A stretch of DNA of 64,000 nucleotides from Convolutriloba macropyga (taxonomy: Eukaryota). The stretch lies in the NCBI RefSeq assembly GCF_964194025.1, contig NC_134481.1, positions 35,092,001 to 35,156,000 on the forward strand, in the 5' to 3' direction. Within the stretch, counting starts at the first letter, position 1; the number at the start of each line of letters is the position of its first letter. Under the pieces are notes generated by a model. That model was given only the letters and a program-made list of their open reading frames with translations, made no database searches and had not been told where the DNA came from. Both the position numbers and the translations under genes were made by a program. Shown piece by piece: positions 1 to 8,911 of the stretch.

Positions 1-466
1 CATTCTCGTCCATTCTCGGTGTACTCACGTCTCCGTTATCAATATCCGTTCGCGGTCCCAGACCCCATAACAACCTCACATCAACCTCATCACGAAGAGA
101 ACCTAACTGGTTCTCATACATTGGCATTTTGGAAAGTTGATATGCAGCAAACTCCTCTCTAACACCCTCACTCAACATATCTGAACCAATGGGGAGATTT
201 CCCAAAGATAAATTGATAACCGATCTCTCCGTTCGATAAAACCAGGGATCAACTTGTGTGTAGGGAAGCTCTATCATCGTCTCACTCCTACTACTGTTCA
301 CTTCAGCGAAGTTCTCCATTACAATACGAGGAATAACAACCTTTCCAATTATTACCCAAGTGTTGTCCACTAATTTTTCATGTACAATAAACACATCATC
401 AGGATTCTCGTTGATAAGATAAACGTATCGCTCAAACTCACCCTTTTTCACAATTTTTACTTCCAT
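1..466 (-). CDS. 5' part of a second copy of the 8806-9471 Polinton accessory gene (runs off the window start)
   Basis: ATG at 466 (MEVKIVKKGEF...). Same sequence as 9471 downward, with one L>R change. Confidence 0.7.
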   Translation of the reverse strand, partial: MEVKIVKKGEFERYVYLINENPDDVFIVHEKLVDNTWVIIGKVVIPRIVMENFAEVNSSRSETMIELPYTQVDPWFYRTERSVINLSLGNLPIGSDMLSEGVREEFAAYQLSKMPMYENQLGSLRDEVDVRLLWGLGPRTDIDNGDVSTPRMDEN

Positions 467-660
467 TTCTAAAAAAAAGAGATCAGTTTTTCTCCTATCG
501 AAACAAGAGTTCATACACAAAAAAAATCATCATCAAACGAAAACTTCATAACACTAACCTGATATCCTGCTGTTGTTTTTGCACAATGTAGCTGATAAGA
601 AGCGATAAAGAAATCCCTCAATAGAAGCTCTGAACACAGTTAAATGAAGGAGTAAAGTTG
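1..660 (+). repeat. Direct repeat copy 1 (truncated by window start) of 9006-9665
   Basis: Matches 9006-9665 at offset 9005. I found only two mismatches (327/9332 and 635/9640). Confidence 0.95.
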
Positions 661-687
661 TAATAATGCGTTTTGCGTTTTGGGATA

Positions 688-1071
688 ATGCGTTTTGCTG
701 AAGAATCGTTCCGAAGGAATCCAAACAACATTTCACAGGAGGGAAACGCAGTGGTAGATTACGGATTTCTAACACCAGAGCAAGATGCTGAGTACTGTGA
801 TCAGTATTGGGATGTCTTGGAGACTGCTAGGCGAAAACTACGAGTGTCAACAGTTTGGTACGAAAAACAAGACTTCTCCAGGACATACTTCCAAATCAAA
901 CTTTTTACGAGAAAGTCGGTTGATGCTGAATTCGTGAAGAAGGGTTGTGTCACCATTCGAGTGGGAGAAATGCAAAAAATGATTGACCATTCAGATGCAA
1001 TGATTGAGCAGATGGCGCGTGAATCTTTCCGAAGAACCTCAACATCAATGTTAAACAACAAAAAAGAATAA
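688..1071 (+). CDS. Polinton accessory protein, possible PC4/whirly-like ssDNA-binding fold
   Basis: First ATG of ORF 673..1071. The pattern RKLRVSTV...YFQIKLF...KKGCVTIRVGEMQKM resembles the PC4 beta-sheet plus helix. AATAAA overlaps the stop. Confidence 0.6.
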   Translation: MRFAEESFRRNPNNISQEGNAVVDYGFLTPEQDAEYCDQYWDVLETARRKLRVSTVWYEKQDFSRTYFQIKLFTRKSVDAEFVKKGCVTIRVGEMQKMIDHSDAMIEQMARESFRRTSTSMLNNKKE

Positions 1072-1173
1072 AACTATGTGAACTCATATTAATTTGTCAT
1101 TGTTGATGCTAATGATTTTGTGTACAAAAAAAATAAAAAATTCATTCCAAAAAATTCTTTCATTTATTGTAGT

Positions 1174-1566
1174 ATGATTAACATTGGAGAAAATCGTAGA
1201 ATAATTTTAAAAACTTTAGAGAAAAAATCTGTAACTTTTTTCTATTTAAGAGTTTTTGAGCTAGCAAACCATCGAAAAACTCTACAACTAACATTTTTGG
1301 AAGCTAAAAATCTCCCAGCAGAGTTACAAAATCTCACGAAATTATCGTTCTCAAACGGACGAAGGCTGATTGAGTTAAATAAACTCAACAAAGATCAGTA
1401 TAAACTCATAGTTTATCAGTACAAGAAAGATCATTTCGAAATTCGTCAAATTGTTATTTTAACAGAGAGTGAGTATAAGAATTTGTACAAATACATCCAA
1501 TCTCATCAAATTCCAGAGGAAGACACCTTCAGTCCCGAAATTGATTTAGATACATCTATCAGATGA
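1174..1566 (+). CDS. Polinton accessory protein, possibly two PC4-like repeats
   Basis: ATG 1174 in ORF 1120..1566. Two internally similar halves (RRIILK..FFYLRVF..LQLTFLEAKNL and RRLIEL..YKLIVY..IVILTESEYKNL). Stop overlaps the next ATG (ATGA). Confidence 0.6.
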   Translation: MINIGENRRIILKTLEKKSVTFFYLRVFELANHRKTLQLTFLEAKNLPAELQNLTKLSFSNGRRLIELNKLNKDQYKLIVYQYKKDHFEIRQIVILTESEYKNLYKYIQSHQIPEEDTFSPEIDLDTSIR

Positions 1567-1973
1567 ATCTCGAAACAATTTTCAACAACAAACGAATACT
1601 GAGTTGTGACTATAGCGAGTTAGACATAGGTCAACGCAAGCTTTATTTTCTTGCAACTTGTCTTTCAATAAAAGCAGATGTTGATATTCATCAAGTGAAC
1701 GAATTATGCCCCTATGGAGGATTGATCGGTGTTGGGAATTCACAGCTCGAAAAAATTTTTGGAGGATCAAAAATTTTGAGAATGCATGCTATGATTCACG
1801 ACGCATGTGGTTTTATGAAATTTAATTATGGTGAAGGACCCGGTTACTGTTATATGATTCCGAATGCTCCTGACTGGATGAATAAGTGTGTACTTGGTCA
1901 CGTGACAGGAGTCCTGTACTGTCTATACTTGAAAACATTTCAGAACTGTTCATTCAACAAAATTGATATTTGA
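1563..1973 (+). CDS. Phospholipase A2-like protein (parvoviral/adintovirus PLA2 type)
   Basis: LIGVGNS resembles the YxGPGN Ca-binding loop. It is followed by HAMIHDAC (AxxHD catalytic motif) and GPGYCY. Confidence 0.65.
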   Translation: MNLETIFNNKRILSCDYSELDIGQRKLYFLATCLSIKADVDIHQVNELCPYGGLIGVGNSQLEKIFGGSKILRMHAMIHDACGFMKFNYGEGPGYCYMIPNAPDWMNKCVLGHVTGVLYCLYLKTFQNCSFNKIDI

Positions 1974-1997
1974 TAATTGGTCGAACCGAAAAAAAAA

Positions 1998-2666
1998 ATG
2001 AATCTGGTAGTAGTTGTTGATGTGGAACTATTCCCCAACGGTATCGTCAAAGAAATTGGGATGTATAGAAATGGTACAATTATTGGACTCTCTTTTTGCG
2101 CCCCCTTTCCGTACGAAGATCTTGAAAAATGGGAGGAACGACAAACCAAATGGTTAACCAAGAACCTTCACAAGATTGACTGGTCATCGGGTGAAATACC
2201 TTACGACTACTTACCTTATGTTATAGATCTAATTCGAGAACCTCAGATAATTGAAGAGAAACAACTTGATGGTGAATTATGGTGGAGTAAATTGAAATAC
2301 ATTTCACTGATTGAAAAGGAAGATTCGTTTCCAACTGGTGAAATAAAATTACAGCGTGAGAAAAGTACAGCCAACGATATTACTGGGAAATTGATATACT
2401 TTGCGAAAGGACTCCAGAAGTGTACTCTTCTATCATCAATTTTTCACGAAGATTTTGTTGATTTGGATACTATACTTTGTCCGACAGCTGAAGAACTACA
2501 TGAACAATACATGAACACTGAAAAAATCTCAGAGTGTGCACAATACCCAGTGGAGCATGGAGGAAATTTTACAAAACATTGCGCTCAGAAAAAAGTTCAC
2601 TTATTTGGTATTTGGCTTCAAAAACAGCAAGAGTATGAAAACTTTGTAAACTGTCTTGTCAATTGA
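1998..2666 (+). CDS. DEDD/DnaQ-like 3'-5' exonuclease-fold protein of Polintons
   Basis: N-terminal hydrophobic strand VVVVDVE followed by VKEIG (ExoI-like), AKG..K, VDLD..CP, and C-terminal C..H......HCA. Confidence 0.55.
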   Translation: MNLVVVVDVELFPNGIVKEIGMYRNGTIIGLSFCAPFPYEDLEKWEERQTKWLTKNLHKIDWSSGEIPYDYLPYVIDLIREPQIIEEKQLDGELWWSKLKYISLIEKEDSFPTGEIKLQREKSTANDITGKLIYFAKGLQKCTLLSSIFHEDFVDLDTILCPTAEELHEQYMNTEKISECAQYPVEHGGNFTKHCAQKKVHLFGIWLQKQQEYENFVNCLVN

Positions 2667-2733
2667 TTGTGTTCTGTAACTTAGTCATTAAATTGAATTC
2701 AATTCTTTAAAACAGTTCGTTTTTACAACAGGA

Positions 2734-3036
2734 ATGATGAAAAAAGATTTAGAAACAAATAACGGAAAAGATGAGGTTGATGGGTTTACGGGTGGTTTAA
2801 CTCAAGATATTGTTTTTGATCATACAAACCAAGAAAGGAAACCTTGGACAATTTGTGGTAAAAACTGTTCCAGATCGTTTCTAGTCTTTATGTACCAGTG
2901 CTTATTGATTCTGATTCTTACTACGATGAGTATTATTCGGATAACATTGGCTGAAACGTGTGAGGAAACGACCATTTGGGTGGCTGTACTGACAAGTTCT
3001 GTTGGCTACATGCTTCCATCTCCTCGTCCGACATAG
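2734..3036 (+). CDS. Small two-transmembrane protein
   Basis: Two hydrophobic segments (FLVFMYQCLLILILTTMSII and TIWVAVLTSSVGYMLPSP). Co-oriented within the viral gene cluster. Confidence 0.65.
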   Translation: MMKKDLETNNGKDEVDGFTGGLTQDIVFDHTNQERKPWTICGKNCSRSFLVFMYQCLLILILTTMSIIRITLAETCEETTIWVAVLTSSVGYMLPSPRPT

Positions 3037-3115
3037 GGAAAAAATTTTGGAGTAAGTAATTGTATTGATCTTGAGAGGTTTTATATCAAATAATTGGTGC
3101 CTGACCGCGAGCGCC

Positions 3116-3265
3116 GGATTTAATTTCGTAACGCGTCGTCGGTTTTAAATTAAAGACGCGTCGGCGGTTTTAAATTAAAGACGCGTCGGCGGTTTTAAAT
3201 TAAAGACGCGTCGGCGGTATTAAATTAACTACGCGGCGACGGTTTTAATTCAACAACGCAACGCA
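3116..3265. repeat. About six copies of a 25-bp tandem repeat GGTTTTAAATTAAAGACGCGTCGGC
   Basis: Three exact copies at 3141, 3166 and 3191, with diverged copies at 3116, 3216 and 3241. The exact copies contain the palindrome GACGCGTC. Confidence 0.92.
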
Positions 3266-3370
3266 AGAAATTTTTTTGATCAATTCTCAAGAAGTCATTT
3301 GTTGATTTGATAACAAAAAGATTAGTTACTCCTCAAAAGAAGAAAAACCGTTGACCAAAAAGTTGAAAAT

Positions 3371-4123
3371 ATGAATAAAATTATCTCAACCGATGAAAGA
3401 GTTTTTATGGCATTAGTTGGTCCCAGTGGCTGTGGGAAAAGTTACCTGATTTACGAAATGTTGAAAAATAAAACGTTTTATCCAAAGTTTGATAAGATAA
3501 TCTATTTTTACAAATACTATCAGAATCTTTACGATCGAATGTTGACTGATTTAGATAATATCGAATTCATTGAAACACCTGATTTCGAGCTGATTGAAAA
3601 TTTACCAAACGATGGAACGAACTATCTGATAATTTTTGACGATTCCTGTGAAGAGATTTCAAAGTCTAAAGAATTTAATCAATTAGCAACAGCAGGAAGA
3701 CATAGAAAGCTTAACTGTCTCTACATAAAACATAACCTATACCATAAAAACTCTGGAGGTAGGGATGCAGAGCTTCAAAACACACATATCGTTCTGTTTA
3801 AATCTCCTCGAGATGTGCAACAGATTGGAGTCTTGGGAAAACAGTTAGGTTTAGGTAAGCAATTAGTGTACTGGTACAATGACGCAACAGCAAAACCATA
3901 CGGACATCTAATGATTGATCTCTCTCCGCGAACTCCAGATATATTACGTTTCAGCACAAATTCCACATCATTTCCATCTTTATTCTTCCTACCAAACAGT
4001 AAGGCTCGCACAACAGAGATTGATGATAACCGTGCAGAACTTCTATATGCTAAAGCTCTTTCTAGAATTCAAGCCGAACCTCCAAAAAATTGTCCTCCAG
4101 AATTGTTCCAAGGAATTTATTAG
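3371..4123 (+). CDS. DNA packaging ATPase (A32/FtsK-HerA-like)
   Basis: Walker A GPSGCGKS, Walker B LIIFDD, arginine finger TAGRH, and the later KSPRD and PYGHLMIDL motifs typical of Polinton ATPases. Confidence 0.92.
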   Translation: MNKIISTDERVFMALVGPSGCGKSYLIYEMLKNKTFYPKFDKIIYFYKYYQNLYDRMLTDLDNIEFIETPDFELIENLPNDGTNYLIIFDDSCEEISKSKEFNQLATAGRHRKLNCLYIKHNLYHKNSGGRDAELQNTHIVLFKSPRDVQQIGVLGKQLGLGKQLVYWYNDATAKPYGHLMIDLSPRTPDILRFSTNSTSFPSLFFLPNSKARTTEIDDNRAELLYAKALSRIQAEPPKNCPPELFQGIY

Positions 4124-4376
4124 ATTCCTCTGTGAATGTACCAAAAATTTAGTCTTAGGCAAATTTGAAAACATCAAAAAATCACAGGTGAAAAAATTTG
4201 AGGGTTGTTTGAAAAGAATACTATCCAAAAACACATCACAGAAGGAACGTCGTTTCTTGTTATCCTCAAATCGCGGACTACAACTTATAAATTTTCTAGG
4301 ACAGTTCGTGATTTCCAAGTTCTCATCAAACTTCAACTCGGATGGGAACAGAAAAATTGATAAACAATTCGACTAA
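4047..4376 (+). CDS. Conserved Polinton small basic protein overlapping the ATPase 3' end
   Basis: ATG 4047 is in frame with ORF 3915..4376. The FLCECTKNLVLG...KERRFLL...GLQLI pattern and the position after the ATPase match what I recall for Polintons. Confidence 0.6.
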   Translation: MLKLFLEFKPNLQKIVLQNCSKEFIRFLCECTKNLVLGKFENIKKSQVKKFEGCLKRILSKNTSQKERRFLLSSNRGLQLINFLGQFVISKFSSNFNSDGNRKIDKQFD

Positions 4377-4947
4377 AAAGTTTGTTTTGATACCACAACA
4401 ACTGTGGGATAGATATAGTTCATTAGAAGTTACAAATAAAAACGTGCAACTTGATACTACTAAAACAGTGAGTTCAACCGAAGAACAAACACCCACCAAT
4501 TCAATATTCGTGAAACAAAAAGAAGAGAAGATTGAAAAATCTATTCCTCAAACGCAGAAAGTTGAATTGGAAGGAACCGAAGACCAAAAGTTGGAGGAAA
4601 CTGTTAATGGTGAAAAAACCGAACAACTGAAGAAATTTTTCATGCTGAAAATAAAAACAAACGGATACAAAAAGAAAATATTACAGGAATTGTTCAAATC
4701 AGACGCAATCAAATTCTCCAACGATTTAACAATCATAGCCAATAACGTTGACACAAATATTCCTGTTCTCTCATTCATTGACACAATTCGTAGCTCAAAG
4801 AAACGAGCGTTTACGGACCTACATCAATTAGTACTAAATACAGTAAACATCCCTTCCCATCTTATAGTTAACCCCAATGCCATCAAAAACGAACAAATTA
4901 AAAAGTCGGACCAAGAGAAAATTGGATGGGTACCTTTCACTTTCTGA
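4342..4947 (+). CDS. Polinton hypothetical protein preceding the integrase
   Basis: 201-aa ORF with KKFVLIP N-terminus, NIP..LIVN, and a C-terminal W motif. It overlaps both neighbours. Confidence 0.7.
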   Translation: MGTEKLINNSTKKFVLIPQQLWDRYSSLEVTNKNVQLDTTKTVSSTEEQTPTNSIFVKQKEEKIEKSIPQTQKVELEGTEDQKLEETVNGEKTEQLKKFFMLKIKTNGYKKKILQELFKSDAIKFSNDLTIIANNVDTNIPVLSFIDTIRSSKKRAFTDLHQLVLNTVNIPSHLIVNPNAIKNEQIKKSDQEKIGWVPFTF

Positions 4948-5869
4948 CAGGATGAAGTTGACTAAGCTATATCGCAAAGGAGAAAGTGCCTACGGTTCTA
5001 TAAAAAATCTCGTTAGAGTGAGTGGAATTCCAGAAAGATTGGTAAAACAGTTTCTTCATTCCAAAGCATCCTATACAAAACATCGACAAGCAAAGCGTAA
5101 ACATGATCGATTACCGGTGAGATGTCGTTTTATTAATGAAATTTGGTGTATGGACTTGGCACAGGTTGACAAACTTGCAGACAGTAATGGAGGAATAAAG
5201 TATTTAATGCTAATTGTGGATGTATTCTCTCGATTTGTTCGTGTCGGTACAATGCGAAACAAAAGCGCAGAGACAGCTAAAGCTTGTTTCATCAACCTTT
5301 GTTCAGAAAAAAATGATCTCATTTTCCCTCGGAAACTTTGGATAGACTCAGGAAAAGAGTTTTTGGCAGACTTTAAGAACTTTTGTGAGGATGCGGGTAT
5401 TCGAGTATATAGTACTCACACAGAAAAGAAAGCATTGTTTGCTGAGAGGTACATTCAGTCCTTCAAAAATATTTTGTACCGTTTCCTTGAGGAACGTAAA
5501 ACCACTCACTACAAAAAACATCTTCAAGAGTTTGTGAACACTATGAACAGTCGAGTCAACAACACAACAGGTCTTGCGCCCAAAGATGTTAGGAATCACC
5601 ACTACTTACAAGTTCTTCATTCCAGTCGACAGCAAATGAAGATTCCGAAGCTAAGAAAACCGAAATTACAACCGGGTGATAAAGTTCGCTTAGCTTATGC
5701 AGAAAAAAGTTTTCGCAAAGGGTACAAAGCACAGTTCAGCGACGATGTGTACGAAATTGTTCGAATAACAACTATCAAACCTGTCGTGACTTACCAAGTT
5801 AAAGATGAGACAGGAGAAACCTTAAAAGGTCGGTACTACGAACAAGAACTACAAAAAACAATCATTTGA
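4877..5869 (+). CDS. Retroviral-type (rve, DDE) integrase of Polinton
   Basis: DDE triad in WCMDL, WIDSGKEF and FAERYI; YLMLIVDVFSR; C-terminal SH3-like GDKVRL..F.KGY..GRYYEQEL. No chromodomain follows. Confidence 0.95.
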   Translation: MPSKTNKLKSRTKRKLDGYLSLSDRMKLTKLYRKGESAYGSIKNLVRVSGIPERLVKQFLHSKASYTKHRQAKRKHDRLPVRCRFINEIWCMDLAQVDKLADSNGGIKYLMLIVDVFSRFVRVGTMRNKSAETAKACFINLCSEKNDLIFPRKLWIDSGKEFLADFKNFCEDAGIRVYSTHTEKKALFAERYIQSFKNILYRFLEERKTTHYKKHLQEFVNTMNSRVNNTTGLAPKDVRNHHYLQVLHSSRQQMKIPKLRKPKLQPGDKVRLAYAEKSFRKGYKAQFSDDVYEIVRITTIKPVVTYQVKDETGETLKGRYYEQELQKTII

Positions 5870-5871
5870 TT

Positions 5872-6711
5872 ATGGACTATCATATTGTTGAGTTGCTATC
5901 CAATGCTTCTGATAAAATTTATCCAGATAATACACTTTCATGCTTCACAGTATTTTTACCCGAACAGTTAAACTTTGAGGGTGAGTGGGAAGTAGCGCTA
6001 CTAGAAATTTTGCACCCATCAGCGTACAACAACATTTCCGAGGGTAAATTTTGGTATGTTGATTCAAAATCCGATTCTAGAGATGAGACGCAAACTAACC
6101 CTGACACAGGTCTAAGCATTAAGCTAGACCCTATTTACATTGCTCCAGGTCTTTATATGTCCTTAGCAGAAATTCTTCTTGCAATGAATGATGCTCTGGG
6201 GAAGATAAGACCGAAAGAGAAAGTTAACATCAAGTGGAGTTTGGATAATGTTTCAAGCAAAGTAAAAATAACTCTTCCCTCAGAAAACTCCCAGTTGATT
6301 GTTGCAAGCCAAGACTTAGCATCAATCTTAGGTTTCAAATCCAACTTCTGGCTATACACAAAAGGTCCACATATCAGTCAGTACCCGATTGATATCCTCA
6401 GAATTCATTCTGTAATGGTTTACACAGACATTGTAGAGTACAGCATAATTGGAGATACCAAAGCTCCTATACTCCGAACTTTTCCTTTCAACCAAAAAGT
6501 TCAACACGGGAATATATCGGTTACTAAATTCATGAGCTACACTTCGTTTCAAAATCTTCATTTCCGTAAACTGTTAAAAAACTCGTTTCAGACAATCAAA
6601 ATAGAACTTCGATCACAAACTGGAGAGTTAATCCCTTTCGTTGATAGGGGTCTAACTAGTTTAGTTCTTCTCTTTCGCAAAAAGCAATCACTTTCAGTTA
6701 ATCACCCCTAA
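5872..6711 (+). CDS. Minor capsid protein (penton, single jelly-roll; Polinton PX)
   Basis: N-terminal LLSNAS..YPDNT.S.F.V.LP...GEWEVALLEI, VYTDIVE..IIGD..APILR, and C-terminal I.IELR...GELIPF. Confidence 0.88.
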   Translation: MDYHIVELLSNASDKIYPDNTLSCFTVFLPEQLNFEGEWEVALLEILHPSAYNNISEGKFWYVDSKSDSRDETQTNPDTGLSIKLDPIYIAPGLYMSLAEILLAMNDALGKIRPKEKVNIKWSLDNVSSKVKITLPSENSQLIVASQDLASILGFKSNFWLYTKGPHISQYPIDILRIHSVMVYTDIVEYSIIGDTKAPILRTFPFNQKVQHGNISVTKFMSYTSFQNLHFRKLLKNSFQTIKIELRSQTGELIPFVDRGLTSLVLLFRKKQSLSVNHP

Positions 6712-6714
6712 CAA

Positions 6715-7101
6715 ATGGCAGGCTATAATTCTTTACCATACTTTAGCGGAGTACCTCGTCAAAGAGGACGTGGTCTGGGTGCTTTTGCTGGTACAGTGGC
6801 TCGTTCCGCTTTCCCAATACTGAAAAAATATTTTGTACCCGCAGCCAAAAGAATTGAAAAAGATCTAATTGAAGCCGCGATACCTCAAATCGAAGAAGTG
6901 ATGTCAGGTCGTAGTAATATTAAAAAAGCTGCAAAGCGTACAGCTACTGCAACTCTTAAGAAACAGTTGGGAGCAGGACCTCCACGGAAAAAGTCTAAAC
7001 TGAAGAAATCAAAAGCTCCGCGAAAGAAAAAGAAAAAAATCACTTCAAAAAAATCACGTAAGCAAACCAGTCGTCAAGATTACTTGAAACATTTACCTTA
7101 A
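6715..7101 (+). CDS. pVII-like basic core/DNA-condensing protein
   Basis: YFSG..RQRGRGLG N-terminus, a second QLGAG site, and a very K/R-rich tail. Lies between penton and major capsid. Confidence 0.8.
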   Translation: MAGYNSLPYFSGVPRQRGRGLGAFAGTVARSAFPILKKYFVPAAKRIEKDLIEAAIPQIEEVMSGRSNIKKAAKRTATATLKKQLGAGPPRKKSKLKKSKAPRKKKKKITSKKSRKQTSRQDYLKHLP

Positions 7102-7109
7102 ACAAAACG

Positions 7110-8351
7110 ATGATTCCAAATTCTGTACAACCAGACTGCTTAGATATCTTTGAGGAAATATCTATTCTGAACTCTATTACAAGAGGTGACGAACAAAAAA
7201 TTTACCCAATAAATTCTCTCAATGAATCCAGTATTGACTTTTCATTTGTAACTGACAGAAATGTTTTCACCGACCTTCGAAAAGTTGACATGTATCTGAA
7301 AGTTAAACTTGTCAAAGATGGGAGACCTGTCACCGCGGAGGATGATGTTTGCTTAGTTAACAACTCCATGCACTCTTTGTTCTCAAACTGTGAAGTAACA
7401 TTTAACACAGATCAAGTTTACACCACAAACGGTCTCTACGCGCATAAAGCCTTCATGTCTAACGAATTCTCGGGTACACAGGGAACAAAAGAATCTATCA
7501 GTTGTTGTCAGGGCTATAGCTATGAACAGTCACCCGGCGATTTTGAACACGAACCAGCAATCGTGAAAAGAAAGAAGGACAATCTAGAGGAAATGGAGTT
7601 TTATGGTGAATTACCAATCGAAATTTTTAACTGTAAAGGGCTTCTTCTACCTAACGTTACAGTTCATATTAAATTAATCAGATCGCGACCCCAGTTCTAT
7701 TTAATGTCATCAAAATCAGAAAATATTCATGCAGTTATAACGAATACCTATCTCAAAATAAGAACCTTGACAGTCGACGAAGGTAGTTTTCAAATTATTC
7801 GTAAAAAACTTGTAGAAACTCCAGCCAGGTTTAATGCTTTGGAACTTAAACCCAGAACTTTTATCATTCCAGCGGGTCAAAACCAATTTATACATGAAAA
7901 CATTTTCAACAACGCTCCAATTCGAACACTCGCCATTGCGATGAACACAAATAGTGCTTTCACCGGTGATAAAAGTGGAAATCCTTTCCATTATCAAAAG
8001 TTTGGTTTACGAGAAATCAAAATATCGAGAGGGAATCAAGTTGTTGTGCACATGGATACTAGTAGAAATTGTGTTCCATACATTACAACAATGAGAGCTT
8101 TAAAATTCTACCAAGACGGTCCTAACATTAAAATTAATGACTACGAAAACCATTTTTGTTTGGTTTTTGATCTAACCTCTACACAACAATCAGAACTGAT
8201 GATTCACTATCCTGATGTCATTTCAGCAAGCTTGAGACTTGAGCTATACTTCAGAGAAAATTTAACGAACACTATCGAAGTAATAGTCGCTGGTGAACAG
8301 TTGTCATCTATTTTCATTGACAAAAACGGAAAAGTAACGAAAAATGGATAA
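7110..8351 (+). CDS. Major capsid protein (double jelly-roll; Polinton PY)
   Basis: IDFSF, YLKVKL, NNSMHSLFSNCEV, YAHKAF, LLLPNV, NPFHYQKF, FDLT and LRLEL.F motifs; 413 aa. Confidence 0.9.
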   Translation: MIPNSVQPDCLDIFEEISILNSITRGDEQKIYPINSLNESSIDFSFVTDRNVFTDLRKVDMYLKVKLVKDGRPVTAEDDVCLVNNSMHSLFSNCEVTFNTDQVYTTNGLYAHKAFMSNEFSGTQGTKESISCCQGYSYEQSPGDFEHEPAIVKRKKDNLEEMEFYGELPIEIFNCKGLLLPNVTVHIKLIRSRPQFYLMSSKSENIHAVITNTYLKIRTLTVDEGSFQIIRKKLVETPARFNALELKPRTFIIPAGQNQFIHENIFNNAPIRTLAIAMNTNSAFTGDKSGNPFHYQKFGLREIKISRGNQVVVHMDTSRNCVPYITTMRALKFYQDGPNIKINDYENHFCLVFDLTSTQQSELMIHYPDVISASLRLELYFRENLTNTIEVIVAGEQLSSIFIDKNGKVTKNG

Positions 8352-8911
8352 CACACAAATAGAAATAATAGTAGCACTTATTCCTGTTCTGAAATATAAG
8401 TTTATGGGTTGCTACCCTTCGAACTTATTACCGAACGACATACCGGAACTCTTTCTACATTGTTAACACTGATGTGTCGAATGGTAGAGGGATTCACTGG
8501 ATTCTATTAGCCCGAAAAAACAGTTGCTATTACTATGGAGACTCTCTTGGAAGAGACATCAATCACTATGCAAACATTAAGTTCACCAGAAAAACTCGTA
8601 AACTGATCGCTTCCAAACTTCAAACTGATAGTATTTGTGCACTATATTCAATTTACTTTGCCTATGTACTGTTTAATAATTTGTCCTTGTTCAATGTTGA
8701 CGATGCTTTTATAATGAGGTTTTTGCTGAATATTTATAATTCATTTTTTTATAATCAACAACTTTTTCAATCTTGTACAAACATAACAGTTGTAGTTTCA
8801 ATTATTCAAAAGGTAGTTGCATGCTCATCATCCGAGTCATCAAAAAGTCTTCCTCTTCTAGCTTTTTTCACTATCGGTACCCAGTATTCACATTCATCAT
8901 CTGTTTCCTGA
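8344..8911 (+). pseudogene. Adenain-like cysteine maturation protease with frameshift(s), either decayed or a sequencing indel
   Basis: ATG 8344 overlaps the MCP stop and reads MDNTQI...FMGCYPSNLLP, stopping at 8464. The +1 frame from 8447 gives FYIVNTD..G.GIHW, YYGDSLG and QTDSICALY (H, D, Q/C catalytic residues). One extra T at 8720-8724 would end the protein at TAA 8737-8739. Confidence 0.85.

Noticed and set aside
3116-3265. CRISPR array
   Set aside because: Repeats are contiguous with no unique spacers, no cas genes are present, and the context is eukaryotic.
8440-8450. Programmed ribosomal frameshift in the protease
   Set aside because: There is no slippery heptamer or evident stimulatory structure at the shift. 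An indel is the simpler explanation.
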